From: an uncultured Bacteroidota bacterium
Lineage (GTDB): Bacteria > Bacteroidota > Bacteroidia > Chitinophagales > Saprospiraceae
Direction: 5' to 3'
Assembly (NCBI GenBank): GCA_903836265.1
Contig: CAILQK010000258.1
Span: forward strand, 1-62,430
Length of the DNA: 62,430 nt
Shown piece by piece: positions 18,328 through 28,425 of the stretch (the first letter of the stretch is position 1; every line of letters begins with the position of its first letter). The notes below the pieces were generated by a model that saw nothing but the letters and a program-made list of their open reading frames with translations, searched no databases and was not told where the DNA came from. Both the position numbers and the translations under genes were made by a program.

Positions 18328-20193
18328 TCAGCTTTTCTCTGCCAGTTCGAGCCAGCGCAGCTCTTTCATTTCGAGTGTTTCCTGTAACTCACCCAGTTCC
18401 TTCGACAATTTTGAGATGGTATCAGGGGAAAGCGATGTGTCATTGAAAGACTCCATGATTTCCCGTTTTCGCTCCTCTCCGGCTGCGATTTCCCGTTCCA
18501 GCTTGCGCATTTCGTTCTTCTCCGTGTTGGTGAGTCCGGCTTTGGGTGTGGCAGGCGCTGCAGCCGTGGCCTTCTCGGCGGCGGACTTGTCGGCAGAGAC
18601 CTGTTCAGCCCTCTTGAGGGCCCTGTATTCGGCATAGGTTCCGTTGAAGTCGCGAATTTTCCCTCCGCCCTCAAATACAAAAAGGTGATCTACCAGACGA
18701 TCCATAAAATAACGATCGTGCGTCACCACCAGCAGTACTCCCGGATAATCTTCCAGAAAGTCTTCAAGTACCTGAAGCGTAAGTACATCCAGGTCATTGG
18801 TGGGCTCGTCGAGAATGAGAAAATTGGGATTCTTCATCAGGACTGTCAGCAGATAAAGCCGTCGGCGTTCACCACCGCTGAGCTGGCTCACATACACCTG
18901 CTGCTGCGCGCGAGAGAAGAGGAATCGCTCGAGCAACTGGGCAGCGGAGAGTTCCTTCCCTTTTTCCAGCGGAATATAGTCGGCAATATCGCGAACCACA
19001 TCAATTACCCGTTTGTCTTCCGACATCCGGATACCCTCCTGTTTGTAATGGCCGAATGTTACGGTATCCCCCACAACCACCTTGCCGGTATCGGGGTCGA
19101 GCATTCCGGTTAGAATTTCAAGAAAAGTTGATTTGCCGGCGCCATTTTGTCCGACAATCCCCAGCCTTTCCTTTCTTTTGAATTTGTAAGAGAAATTGTC
19201 GAGAATACGCTTGTTTCCGAATGACTTGCTGATATTGTGCAGTTCGACGATTTTGCCACCCAGCCAGGTTTCCTTGATGGCAAGGCTCATTTCCTCCGGT
19301 TTTTTCTTCAGGGAGTCGAGTACGTCCTTCTTCTCGTAATAGGCATCCACGCGGGCCTTGGCCTTGGTGGTACGGGCCTGCGGCGATCTTCGCACCCAGT
19401 CGAGTTCCCGTTTCAGGAGTTTGTTCTGGCGGTCGTACGTAACCGCCTCCACCTCCTCCCTGGTCGCTTTTTTTTCCAGATAATCGGCATAAGATCCTGA
19501 ATACCGGCGAATTACTCCACCTTCGAGTTCTATGATGCTGTCGCAAACATTTTCGAGGAAGTAACGGTCGTGCGTCACCATGAAAAGTGTCAGATTGGGC
19601 GACTGCAGGTATTCCTCCAGCCATTCAATCATTTCAATATCGAGGTGGTTGGTAGGCTCGTCGAGGATTAGGAAGTCCGGTTCGTCGAGCAGAATTTTTA
19701 CCAGGGCAAGCCTTTTCTGCTGCCCCCCCGAGAGCGTATTCACCTTCTGTTCGAAATCATCGAGCCGGAAACGGAAGAGCAGTTCCTTGACCCTGGCCTC
19801 GAAAGACCACGCGTTCTGCATGTCCATTTCTGCCATTGCCTCCTGCAGTTCCTCCGCCATTTCGGGGTGTGCCAGTGCCTTTTCGTAGCGTTTTACTATC
19901 CTGACCAGCGGATTGGCCGGATCAAGAACAGCAGAGAGTACATCCAGTTCGGGATGAAACCGGGGCTCCTGATCGAGCCAGCCGATACGAATATCTTTCC
20001 TGAGTGTGATTTTGGCACGCTCTCCCTCAGACCCCTCCAGCCCGGCGATCACCCGCATGAGTGTTGTTTTACCGGTGCCGTTTTTGGCTATGAGGCCAAT
20101 CTTCTGCCCCTTGTCTATATAGAGGCTGAGATTCTGGAACAGCACTTTTTCACCATAACTTTTGGTGATATTTTCGAGCGTAAGGAAATTCAT
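18328..20193 (-). CDS. ABC-F family ATPase (Uup-like)
   Basis: Two nucleotide-binding domains (AKNGTGKT; GQNGAGKS; LSGG; LDEPTN), no transmembrane segments, C-terminal coiled coil. Confidence 0.92.
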   Translation of the reverse strand: MNFLTLENITKSYGEKVLFQNLSLYIDKGQKIGLIAKNGTGKTTLMRVIAGLEGSEGERAKITLRKDIRIGWLDQEPRFHPELDVLSAVLDPANPLVRIVKRYEKALAHPEMAEELQEAMAEMDMQNAWSFEARVKELLFRFRLDDFEQKVNTLSGGQQKRLALVKILLDEPDFLILDEPTNHLDIEMIEWLEEYLQSPNLTLFMVTHDRYFLENVCDSIIELEGGVIRRYSGSYADYLEKKATREEVEAVTYDRQNKLLKRELDWVRRSPQARTTKAKARVDAYYEKKDVLDSLKKKPEEMSLAIKETWLGGKIVELHNISKSFGNKRILDNFSYKFKRKERLGIVGQNGAGKSTFLEILTGMLDPDTGKVVVGDTVTFGHYKQEGIRMSEDKRVIDVVRDIADYIPLEKGKELSAAQLLERFLFSRAQQQVYVSQLSGGERRRLYLLTVLMKNPNFLILDEPTNDLDVLTLQVLEDFLEDYPGVLLVVTHDRYFMDRLVDHLFVFEGGGKIRDFNGTYAEYRALKRAEQVSADKSAAEKATAAAPATPKAGLTNTEKNEMRKLEREIAAGEERKREIMESFNDTSLSPDTISKLSKELGELQETLEMKELRWLELAEKS

Positions 20194-20500
20194 GATCAGC
20201 GATTAGGGTGCGAAGGTAGGGGTTTTCCGGCAAGCGGGTATTTCAAACATGCCCTGCCGGGTCCGGCGTCAAAAGAGCAGGGGTGAACAGCTGGAGAACG
20301 CAGGTATAAGAACCAATGCAAAAATGGAATGACAAATTTTGACAGATGGCATAAAATATCATTAAAAGTTGCAAAAAAAACTCTATAATTTTGATATACT
20401 ATATTTTTTCTTGACTTTTGTAGCGAAAACGACATAAATGTTATTCATCCGGCATGCCGGATTTTCACCGACAGAAAACACTCATTCAAATTTTATTCGT

Positions 20501-23434
20501 ATGTTTCAAAAACAACTTAAATCGTGCCTAATGCTGGCAGTTGCCCTGCTCTTCTGGAGCAGTGCTGTCATAGCGCAGCGGCAAATCAGCGGCCGGGTAA
20601 CCGATGCCGAGACAGGCGAACCCCTCATTGGCGCCAGTATCGTTGTAACCGGTACTACAGCTGGCTCAATCGCCGATGTACAGGGCAATTTTCGCCTTTC
20701 GCTCCCTTCGGATGCCAAATCCATCCTTGTTACTTACACCGGTTATACTGAGCAGACCGTTGATCTCGGGGCCAGCACTACCTACGAAGTCAGGCTGATT
20801 CCGGGAGTTGCACTCACAGAAACTGTAATTATCGGCTACGGTCGTGTAAAAAGAGAGGATCTGACAGGTTCTGTGGTAGCAGTAACACCGAAAGAGTTCA
20901 ACAAGGGTGCTATCACAGGGCCTCAGGAACTGCTGGCCGGCAAGGTTGCCGGCGTACAGGTAACTACAGGCGCCGACCCGGGCGGTGGCGCCACTATCCG
21001 GATTCGCGGTGGATCATCTCTGAGTGCCACCAATGACCCGCTGATTGTTATTGACGGTGTTCCGGTGGCAAACGACGATATCGCCGGCGCACGCAACGTG
21101 CTCAATGTGGTCAATCCGAACGATGTAGAAAGTATTACAGTGCTAAAAGATGCCTCTGCAACGGCAATTTACGGATCGCGTGCCTCCAATGGTGTCATAA
21201 TGATTACGACGAAAAAGGGTAACTCAAAGAAAGAGCTTCGTACAGAATACAACGGCAGTGTCGCATTCAGCAACATTGTACAGACTGCTGATGTCCTGTC
21301 GGCCGATGAATACCGCGATCTGATTTTTGCCCGCTTTGGAGAAAATCACCCTGCACGCGCACTGCTTGGAAATGCAAACACCGACTGGCAGAGTGAAATT
21401 TACCAGACAGGGGTCATGCAGGATCACAACCTGTCCCTTTCCGGTGGTATCGGCAAACTTCCATTCCGCGTATCCTGGGGTTTGACCGACCGCGATGGTA
21501 TTCTCAAGACAGACAATTTCAATCGTCTGACAACCGCTGTCAACATGAACCCGACATTCCTGAAGGATATGTTGCAGGTGAATGTCAACTTCAAGGCGAT
21601 GTCTGACAGAAACCACTTCGCTGACCGCGGCGCTATAGGCTCTGCCTTCCAGTTCGATCCGACCCAGCCCACCACAGTAGCCGATGGCCCTTACGGAGGA
21701 TACTATACCTGGCTGAACAACGACGGCAATCCGAATACACTGGCTACGGCCAATCCGCTGGCTCTGCTGTACATGAAGAACGACGAGTCGCACGTAAGCC
21801 GCTACCTGCTCAATGCTTCGGCTGACTACCGTTTCTGGTTCCTGCCAGCTCTTCACGCCAACCTGAACGTAGGCTACGACCGCTCCTACGGCTCCGGCTC
21901 TGTGTTTATACCGGCCGATGCAGCATTTGCATTCTCTACCGGTGGCCGCGACGAGGTGTACAACCAGACCAAGCGCAACAAGCTGGTCGAGTTTTACCTG
22001 AACTACGCCAAACAGTTCGGCAAAAACAACCTTGACCTGATGGGTGGCTACTCCTGGCAGCATTTCTATCGCAACAACTATGCGTTCGCAACCAATGTGG
22101 ACAAGTCACAGGTACTTCGCCCGGCCGACAGCACACCCAAAGAGTACTATCTGCTCTCGCTGTTCGGACGTATGAACTACTCCTTCAATGATCGGATTTT
22201 CCTGACAGGTTCTGTCCGCCGCGACGGCACTTCCCGTTTCTCTGAAGATAACCGCTGGGGCCTGTTCCCGGCCGCTGCACTTGCAGTAAAGGCTGTTGAC
22301 CGCCCGAATGCCAATTTCTCCAGCATGAAACTCCGCGTGGGCTATGGTGTAACCGGCCAGCAGGACATCAACAGCGATTACTACCCGTATCTGGCAAGGT
22401 ACCTGGCCAGTACGCCAACAGCCCAGTACCAGCTTGGCAACCAGTTTATCCAGACACTGCGTCCGGAAGGTTATGATGCAAACATCAAATGGGAGGAAAC
22501 AACCACATATAACGCCGCCATTGACTACGGTTTCTGGGGAAATCGTGTAACCGGTGCCGTTGAGGTATATCTGCGCAAAACAAAGGATCTGATCAACTAC
22601 ATACCCGTTGCCGCCGGCACCAACCTCACCAACTTCATCAATACCAACGTTGGCGACCTGGAAAACCGCGGTATCGAGTTCTCTCTGAACACCACTCCGT
22701 GGCAGAGCGACAAGGGCAGCTGGACATTCGGATTCAACGTGGCCTACAACGAAAACAAAATCACCCGCCTGACCAAAACTGAAGACCCCAACTACCAGGG
22801 TGTCAACGTAGGAGGTATCGCCGGTGGCGTGGGCAACACCATCCAGATTCACAGCGTGGGCTTCCCGGCAAACTCGTTTTTTGTTTATGAACAGGTGTAT
22901 GATGCGCAGGGAACTCCCATCGAGGGCCTGTACGTTGATCGCAACGGCGATGGAAAACTTACACCAGACGATCGCTACCGATACGAAAAGCCGGCTCCAA
23001 ACTACCTGATAGGTTTCACTACCGGACTGAATATAGGAAAGTTCGACTTTTCAGCAGCGGGCCGTGCCAATCTGGGCAACTACATCTACAACAACAATCT
23101 GTCGAACAACGCGTACTACAACCAGCTCTACGGAAGTACGAATGTGCTGCGCAATGTGCTTTCTCCGACTGCATCCATTGACTTCACAGTTCCCCAGTAC
23201 TTCTCCGATTACTTCATCAGCGATGCATCCTTCCTGCGCGTAGATCACGTAACTGCCGGTTACACCTTCAATATCGGCCGCCGAATCCAGTCGCTGCGCC
23301 TGTCTGCTACGGTACAAAACCCGCTGCTGATCACCAACTACGACGGACTTGATCCGGAAGTGTTCGGTGGTATTGATAACAACGTTTACCCACGCGCTCG
23401 CACGTTCCTCCTCGGGCTGCGCGCCAACTTCTAA
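20501..23434 (+). CDS. susC: SusC/RagA TonB-dependent transporter
   Basis: Signal peptide; N-terminal extension; plug motif LKDASATAIYGSRASNGVI; IKWEET; C-terminal YPRART...ANF. Confidence 0.95.
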   Translation: MFQKQLKSCLMLAVALLFWSSAVIAQRQISGRVTDAETGEPLIGASIVVTGTTAGSIADVQGNFRLSLPSDAKSILVTYTGYTEQTVDLGASTTYEVRLIPGVALTETVIIGYGRVKREDLTGSVVAVTPKEFNKGAITGPQELLAGKVAGVQVTTGADPGGGATIRIRGGSSLSATNDPLIVIDGVPVANDDIAGARNVLNVVNPNDVESITVLKDASATAIYGSRASNGVIMITTKKGNSKKELRTEYNGSVAFSNIVQTADVLSADEYRDLIFARFGENHPARALLGNANTDWQSEIYQTGVMQDHNLSLSGGIGKLPFRVSWGLTDRDGILKTDNFNRLTTAVNMNPTFLKDMLQVNVNFKAMSDRNHFADRGAIGSAFQFDPTQPTTVADGPYGGYYTWLNNDGNPNTLATANPLALLYMKNDESHVSRYLLNASADYRFWFLPALHANLNVGYDRSYGSGSVFIPADAAFAFSTGGRDEVYNQTKRNKLVEFYLNYAKQFGKNNLDLMGGYSWQHFYRNNYAFATNVDKSQVLRPADSTPKEYYLLSLFGRMNYSFNDRIFLTGSVRRDGTSRFSEDNRWGLFPAAALAVKAVDRPNANFSSMKLRVGYGVTGQQDINSDYYPYLARYLASTPTAQYQLGNQFIQTLRPEGYDANIKWEETTTYNAAIDYGFWGNRVTGAVEVYLRKTKDLINYIPVAAGTNLTNFINTNVGDLENRGIEFSLNTTPWQSDKGSWTFGFNVAYNENKITRLTKTEDPNYQGVNVGGIAGGVGNTIQIHSVGFPANSFFVYEQVYDAQGTPIEGLYVDRNGDGKLTPDDRYRYEKPAPNYLIGFTTGLNIGKFDFSAAGRANLGNYIYNNNLSNNAYYNQLYGSTNVLRNVLSPTASIDFTVPQYFSDYFISDASFLRVDHVTAGYTFNIGRRIQSLRLSATVQNPLLITNYDGLDPEVFGGIDNNVYPRARTFLLGLRANF

Positions 23435-23452
23435 TTCTAAACGACGAAATAT

Positions 23453-25651
23453 ATGAAACTGCTCACATTCAAAAACATGCTCTTCGTGGCCGCACTTTCC
23501 CTGACGGCCGTGTCGTGCTTCAAAGATCTGAACACTGTTCCGATTGATCCGGACGAGATCACTTCAGCGGCAGTGTATGAAAATCCGGCCGCCTACAAGC
23601 AGGTGTTGTCCAAACTGTACGCAGGCCTGGCTGTCAGCGGACAGGAAGGCCCGGCGGGCCGCCCGGACATCGCAGGTATTGACGAGGGCTTCTCTACCTA
23701 TCTGCGCCAGTACTGGAAAGCCCAGGAACTGCCCACCGACGAAGCGGTGATTGCATGGAACGATGGCAATATCCAGGACTATCACCAGCAGGACTGGGAT
23801 GCCAACAATGAGTTCATCACTGCCATGTACAACAGGATTTATTACCAGATTTCTCTGTGTAATGAGTATCTGCGTGAAACAACTGTGGAAAAACTCGACA
23901 GCCGCGGCGCCGATGCTGCCCTGAAGGCCGAGGTGGCCCAATACCGCGCCGAAGCCCGCTTCCTGCGCGCACTCAGCTACTGGCATGCACTCGACCTGTT
24001 CCGCAACGTGCCTTTTGTCACAGAAAATGACAAAGTGGGCTCCTTCTTTCCGGTTCAGTACAATGCAGAGCAACTTTCCGACTTTATCGAGTCTGAACTA
24101 AAGGACGTCGAAGGCGGTCTGGCTGCACCGCGCCAGAACGAGTACGGTCGCGCCGACAAGGCGGCAGCCTGGACGCTGCTCGCAAAACTTTACCTGAATT
24201 CAGAGGTTTACACCGGCCGCAACCGCTACAATGATTGCAACACATACTGCCAGAAGGTAATTGATGCCGGCTATACCCTGCACTCCGAGTACACTCAGCT
24301 GTTCATGGCCGATAACCAGAATGCATCGGGTATTATTTTCCCTGTACTCTTCGACGGCCTTAAAACACAGACATGGGGCGGTATGACATTCCTCGTACAC
24401 GCAGGTGTGGGAGGCAGCATGAAGGCTTCCGACTTCGGTATTGACGGTGGCTGGGGTGGTATCCGCACAACGAGTGCCCTTGTCAACAAATTCACAGCCG
24501 CCGGCGTTGAATCTGTGGTGGTGGCACCAACAGAAGGAAATACTGCCAGCTATCAGAAAATATATGTCCCCGGAAACTACCAGGGCTGGAATCCCGCAGG
24601 AGCTGCCAACCTGACATCTCCGGCTGGCAATAACACCTACGAAGGGTATATTTATTTCCCGGAAGACAACTCACCCTTCAAGTTCACACTCGGCCCCGAC
24701 TGGAATAACAACTTCGGCGACAACGGCGCCGACGGCACACTCGACCAGAACGGAGCCAATATTTCTGCACCAACCGCCGGCTTCTACAAGATCAATGTGG
24801 ACCTGACCAACCAGACTTACACCCTGCAAAAAACAGAGTGGGGTCTGATCGGCGATGCCACCGCAGGAGGCTGGGGCGAAGACCAGAACATGACGTACAA
24901 CTCCACTTCCGGCGCGTGGGAGATCACCGCCAAACTGGAAGGCGGGAAGGACGTAAAGTTCCGTGCAAACGACGACTGGGCCCTGAATTATGGCGACGAC
25001 AGCGCCAATGCAACACTCGAGCAAAACGGCGCAAATATCAAAATTCCGTCCGGCGGCACCTACCAGATCAAACTGTATCTGGACAAACCCGATTACACCT
25101 ACTCCATCGAGAAACTCTCTCTGGATGGCCGGGCTCTGTTCTACACAGACGGACAGTCGCTCGAAATTGCTGATATCTCGCAGTTCACAGAGGGCTATGC
25201 ACTTTCCAAGTACAAAAACGTCACCTCCGGAGGTGCTGCAGGCTCCCACCCGACTTTTGTTGACAATGACTTCCCGCTCTTCCGTATCGAAGATGTGCTG
25301 CTGATGAAAGCAGAAGCACTCCTTCGCAACGGTGGTTCATCTTCAGAAGCAGCCCAGCTGGTGAATACAGTACGTCAGCGCGCATACGGTGGCGGTACAG
25401 CAGCAAATGTCAACGCTGCTGATCTGACACTGGATTTCATCCTCGACGAGCGCGCACGCGAACTGTACTGGGAAGGACATCGCCGGACAGACCTGGTCCG
25501 TTTCGGCAAATTCAGCGAAACAAGCTATCTGTGGCCGTGGAAAGGCGGTGTAAAAGAAGGTGTTTCCACTTCGAAGCACCTTGATATTTTCCCGATTCCG
25601 GCTTCTGACCGCGGTGCCAACCCGAACCTGCAACAAAATCCGGGTTATTAA
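23453..25651 (+). CDS. susD: SusD/RagB lipoprotein with two inserted SusE/F-type carbohydrate-binding modules
   Basis: Lipobox AVSC; EARFLRALSY, LAKLYLN, LDERARELYWEGHRRTDLVRFG, QNPGY; ~210-aa insert at 24496-25123. Confidence 0.9.
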   Translation: MKLLTFKNMLFVAALSLTAVSCFKDLNTVPIDPDEITSAAVYENPAAYKQVLSKLYAGLAVSGQEGPAGRPDIAGIDEGFSTYLRQYWKAQELPTDEAVIAWNDGNIQDYHQQDWDANNEFITAMYNRIYYQISLCNEYLRETTVEKLDSRGADAALKAEVAQYRAEARFLRALSYWHALDLFRNVPFVTENDKVGSFFPVQYNAEQLSDFIESELKDVEGGLAAPRQNEYGRADKAAAWTLLAKLYLNSEVYTGRNRYNDCNTYCQKVIDAGYTLHSEYTQLFMADNQNASGIIFPVLFDGLKTQTWGGMTFLVHAGVGGSMKASDFGIDGGWGGIRTTSALVNKFTAAGVESVVVAPTEGNTASYQKIYVPGNYQGWNPAGAANLTSPAGNNTYEGYIYFPEDNSPFKFTLGPDWNNNFGDNGADGTLDQNGANISAPTAGFYKINVDLTNQTYTLQKTEWGLIGDATAGGWGEDQNMTYNSTSGAWEITAKLEGGKDVKFRANDDWALNYGDDSANATLEQNGANIKIPSGGTYQIKLYLDKPDYTYSIEKLSLDGRALFYTDGQSLEIADISQFTEGYALSKYKNVTSGGAAGSHPTFVDNDFPLFRIEDVLLMKAEALLRNGGSSSEAAQLVNTVRQRAYGGGTAANVNAADLTLDFILDERARELYWEGHRRTDLVRFGKFSETSYLWPWKGGVKEGVSTSKHLDIFPIPASDRGANPNLQQNPGY

Positions 25652-25665
25652 TTTTTCACACTATC

Positions 25666-25715
25666 CCGCGTATTCCGGGAATGATGCCAGTCTGTGTCAT
25701 TTCCGGAATACACGG
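25666..25715 (+). promoter_or_regulatory. 22-bp intergenic hairpin without U-tail (mRNA stability/processing element)
   Basis: ccgcgtattccgggaatgatgc pairs with gtgtcatttccggaatacacgg (one mismatch, GU pairs). Confidence 0.6.
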
Positions 25716-25732
25716 AATCAATATCAAAAAAT

Positions 25733-26764
25733 ATGAAAAAACTTCCTGGTTTCATTTTGGGTACTGCCCTGCTGCTTTCCGCCTGCTCGGAGCAGACAAA
25801 GGATCCTGTACTGCAACTCGGTGCTGCACCTGCCATCACAGCACCGGCAGCAAGTGCTGCATTTACCCTCACAGAAAATACGGCAAATGATATTTTTTCG
25901 CCTTTTACCTGGACAGCCGGATCTTATGGCTTCGACGCAGCTGTAAGCTACACGCTCGAACTGGACAAAGCGGGCAACAACTTTGCCGATCCGGTCGTGG
26001 TGGGCACTGTGAATGCGCTCTCGCTGGATGGCGTGACAAACGGCAAAATAAACAATATCCTCCTCTCCAAAGGTCTGCCGGCCGACGAAGCCTCCAATAT
26101 TGAGTTTCGTCTGGCCGCCCGCGTAAACCCGGATGTCGAGGTGGTTTATTCTGCACCGGTTTCTGTTCGTATTACTCCCTACCCGGTAATTATCGTTTAC
26201 CCGCAATTGCAGGTACCCGGCAGCTATCAGGGCTGGAACCCGGGCGATAACAATACCATCATCTTCTCCGCGCGCAGCGACGAGAAATATGAGGGCTATA
26301 TCTACTTCGCAAATCCGGGAGAGAAGTACAAGTTCACCAAAGGCCCAAGCTGGGCAAACAACTGGGGCGATAATGGTCTGGATGGCACACTTGAAAAAGA
26401 CGGTGCCGACATTCCGCTCGCCGATGCCGGTCTGTACAAACTGAATGTTGATCTCAATGCACTTACGCACAGTAACCTGAAAACCAGCTGGAGTATCATC
26501 GGCAGCGCCGTCGGCGGATGGGATGTGGACAAAAACATGACATACGATCCGGGCACCCGCAAACTGGTGGCAACGCTCGATCTGGTACAGGGCGAAATGA
26601 AGTTCCGCGCCAACAACGACTGGGCTGTAAACCTCGGAGATAACGATGCCAACCGCTCACTTGAATATGGTGGCGCCAACATCGCGGTAACTGAAAACGG
26701 CAACTACACCGTTGAACTGAACCTCGGCAATGCAGTTTATAACTACAAGCTGACCAAGAACTGA
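25733..26764 (+). CDS. susE: SusE-family starch-binding lipoprotein
   Basis: Lipobox LSAC; SusE N-terminal domain (FTW...YG..AAVSY.LE.DKAGNNF); VPGSYQGW and KFRANNDWAVNLG modules. Confidence 0.88.
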   Translation: MKKLPGFILGTALLLSACSEQTKDPVLQLGAAPAITAPAASAAFTLTENTANDIFSPFTWTAGSYGFDAAVSYTLELDKAGNNFADPVVVGTVNALSLDGVTNGKINNILLSKGLPADEASNIEFRLAARVNPDVEVVYSAPVSVRITPYPVIIVYPQLQVPGSYQGWNPGDNNTIIFSARSDEKYEGYIYFANPGEKYKFTKGPSWANNWGDNGLDGTLEKDGADIPLADAGLYKLNVDLNALTHSNLKTSWSIIGSAVGGWDVDKNMTYDPGTRKLVATLDLVQGEMKFRANNDWAVNLGDNDANRSLEYGGANIAVTENGNYTVELNLGNAVYNYKLTKN

Positions 26765-26792
26765 TTGGCTTTTTCAGCTGATAAAATATTTC

Positions 26793-26830
26793 CAGGGGGA
26801 AGCACCAGCCGGTACTTCCCCCTGTTATTT
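26793..26830 (+). terminator. terminator of susCDE
   Basis: cagggggaag...cttccccctg stem followed by ttattt. Confidence 0.7.
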
Positions 26831-26865
26831 ATGGTAATCAGGGAAATACAATAATCAGTAACAAT

Positions 26866-26900
26866 AAAAAAATCCCTCTTCAGAACACCGAAGAAGGATT
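26866..26900 (-). terminator. terminator of the M23 gene
   Basis: Minus strand aatccttcttcg-gtgttc-tgaagagggatt followed by a T-run. Confidence 0.7.
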
Positions 26901-26931
26901 AATTATATTACTTGATCTGGATGATTTTTTA

Positions 26932-27915
26932 TTAATCCAGAGACTGGTTAGCCACTTTGGCAGCCTCTACCATCTCCTGATATTCCCTGGGCGTCAGGTT
27001 GTCCATGCAGAAATTGATAGGATTGATTGGAGCGCCTCGATAATGCACCTCATAGTGAAGGTGGGGAGCAGTTGACAGGCCTGTATCGCCTACCTCCCCG
27101 ATTTTTTGTCCCTTGGTAACCTTTTGACCGGGGCGCACAGTTATACGGCTCATGTGACCGTAAAGCGTGACATACCCGAACCCGTGACTGATTTTCACAC
27201 AGTTTCCGTAACCATGATGCCAGCCGGTTTCAGTAACCACGCCATCACCGGGAGCCTGGATCGCAGTACCAACACGCGCCGGGAAATCAAGACCTGCGTG
27301 GAACTTTCTGATCTTGTATACCGGATGGATCCTGTAGCCAAAACCGGAAAGAGTACCGATCGTTTTCTGCAACTTGTCTTCCCTGACCGGTTTTACGCTG
27401 GGAATGGAGGCAAGCATATCAGTCTTGCTTTTGGCCAGAGACTGTATGGTGTCCAGAGACTTGCTCTGAAGTACAAGCTGTCTGCTCAGAAGATCTATTT
27501 TGGTGAGTGCCTCGCCAACGGCAGCTCCTCCGAATTTGAAGGCATCAACCTCGGGGTGAGCGGTGTGCCCACCTGTACCGGCCTCCCATATATCCTTGTC
27601 AACAGGATCCATACCAAAAACCATACGGTGTACATTGGCATCGCGCTCCTGTATATTGTCGAGAACCTTTGACATTACCTCTACCTGACCACTCATCTGT
27701 TTGTACTTGGATTCCATCTGTGCTATCTCGCGCATCAGATCGGCCTCACGGGGTGAGGGAAAGAGTGTGTAGAACACCGCAAGCATAGCCAGTGATGTCA
27801 CGATGACAACAGAGAACAGACCAAAGGCCTGCCAGATCCTGGTCTTCACCGGTACTACCACCTTCTCGTAGGTGAGTGTGTGAATGTTGTAAACAAACTT
27901 TTCTTTCCTGCCCAT
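26932..27915 (-). CDS. M23 family metallopeptidase
   Basis: N-terminal TM and coiled coil; HAGLDF, YGHM and PHLHYEV zinc motifs. Confidence 0.92.
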   Translation of the reverse strand: MGRKEKFVYNIHTLTYEKVVVPVKTRIWQAFGLFSVVIVTSLAMLAVFYTLFPSPREADLMREIAQMESKYKQMSGQVEVMSKVLDNIQERDANVHRMVFGMDPVDKDIWEAGTGGHTAHPEVDAFKFGGAAVGEALTKIDLLSRQLVLQSKSLDTIQSLAKSKTDMLASIPSVKPVREDKLQKTIGTLSGFGYRIHPVYKIRKFHAGLDFPARVGTAIQAPGDGVVTETGWHHGYGNCVKISHGFGYVTLYGHMSRITVRPGQKVTKGQKIGEVGDTGLSTAPHLHYEVHYRGAPINPINFCMDNLTPREYQEMVEAAKVANQSLD

Positions 27916-27987
27916 AAAGCTCAGTGTTTGCCAGGCAAATACATGACTGCCCTGTCATAAATCTTGTCAATCTCAGGCGGACGAAAA

Positions 27988-28119
27988 GCACTTGGTGAGG
28001 GTTATGACAGTGTTCGCCTGGATTTCCTGGTCAGTTAAAGAAGCACAGTGATAAAGGCGCTTCTTCAGGATTATTCAGAAAATGAAAACACCAGCGAACC
28101 TTGTCCTCGCACTCAGTGC
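27988..28119. ncRNA. candidate structured ncRNA or leader (long rod with central bubble)
   Basis: 5' arm 27988-28021 pairs imperfectly with 28091-28119; inner stems tcctg/cagga and agaagc/gcttct; intergenic. Confidence 0.45.
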
Positions 28120-28425
28120 CGAAGATTAGGTAGGACCCGGAATTTTGACATCCGGGGCCGGTTTTTTCAGAGTTGACTCCATCAGATCTTTAAAAAAGAA
28201 GAAGGGCCGGAGCCCTTTTGTTTCTCGCAGATTTGTTGGAAAGGCAAAAAAACGACTTTTTTCAGAAAAAAACAAATTGCCGCTTTTTTTTAACAAACCG
28301 CCGCCAGCCTTTTGCATAACGCCGCTGCCTCTGAATTATTACTCAAAGGCAATGCCGGGCGGGAAGGCCAGCCACAACCGAGCTGAAAATATTCGCGGAA
28401 GATAACTGGTCAGTAAGGCATCATA

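Noticed and set aside
28126..28405. Short Lys/Phe-rich ORFs on both strands
   Set aside because: Arise from A/T homopolymer-rich intergenic DNA; not protein-like.
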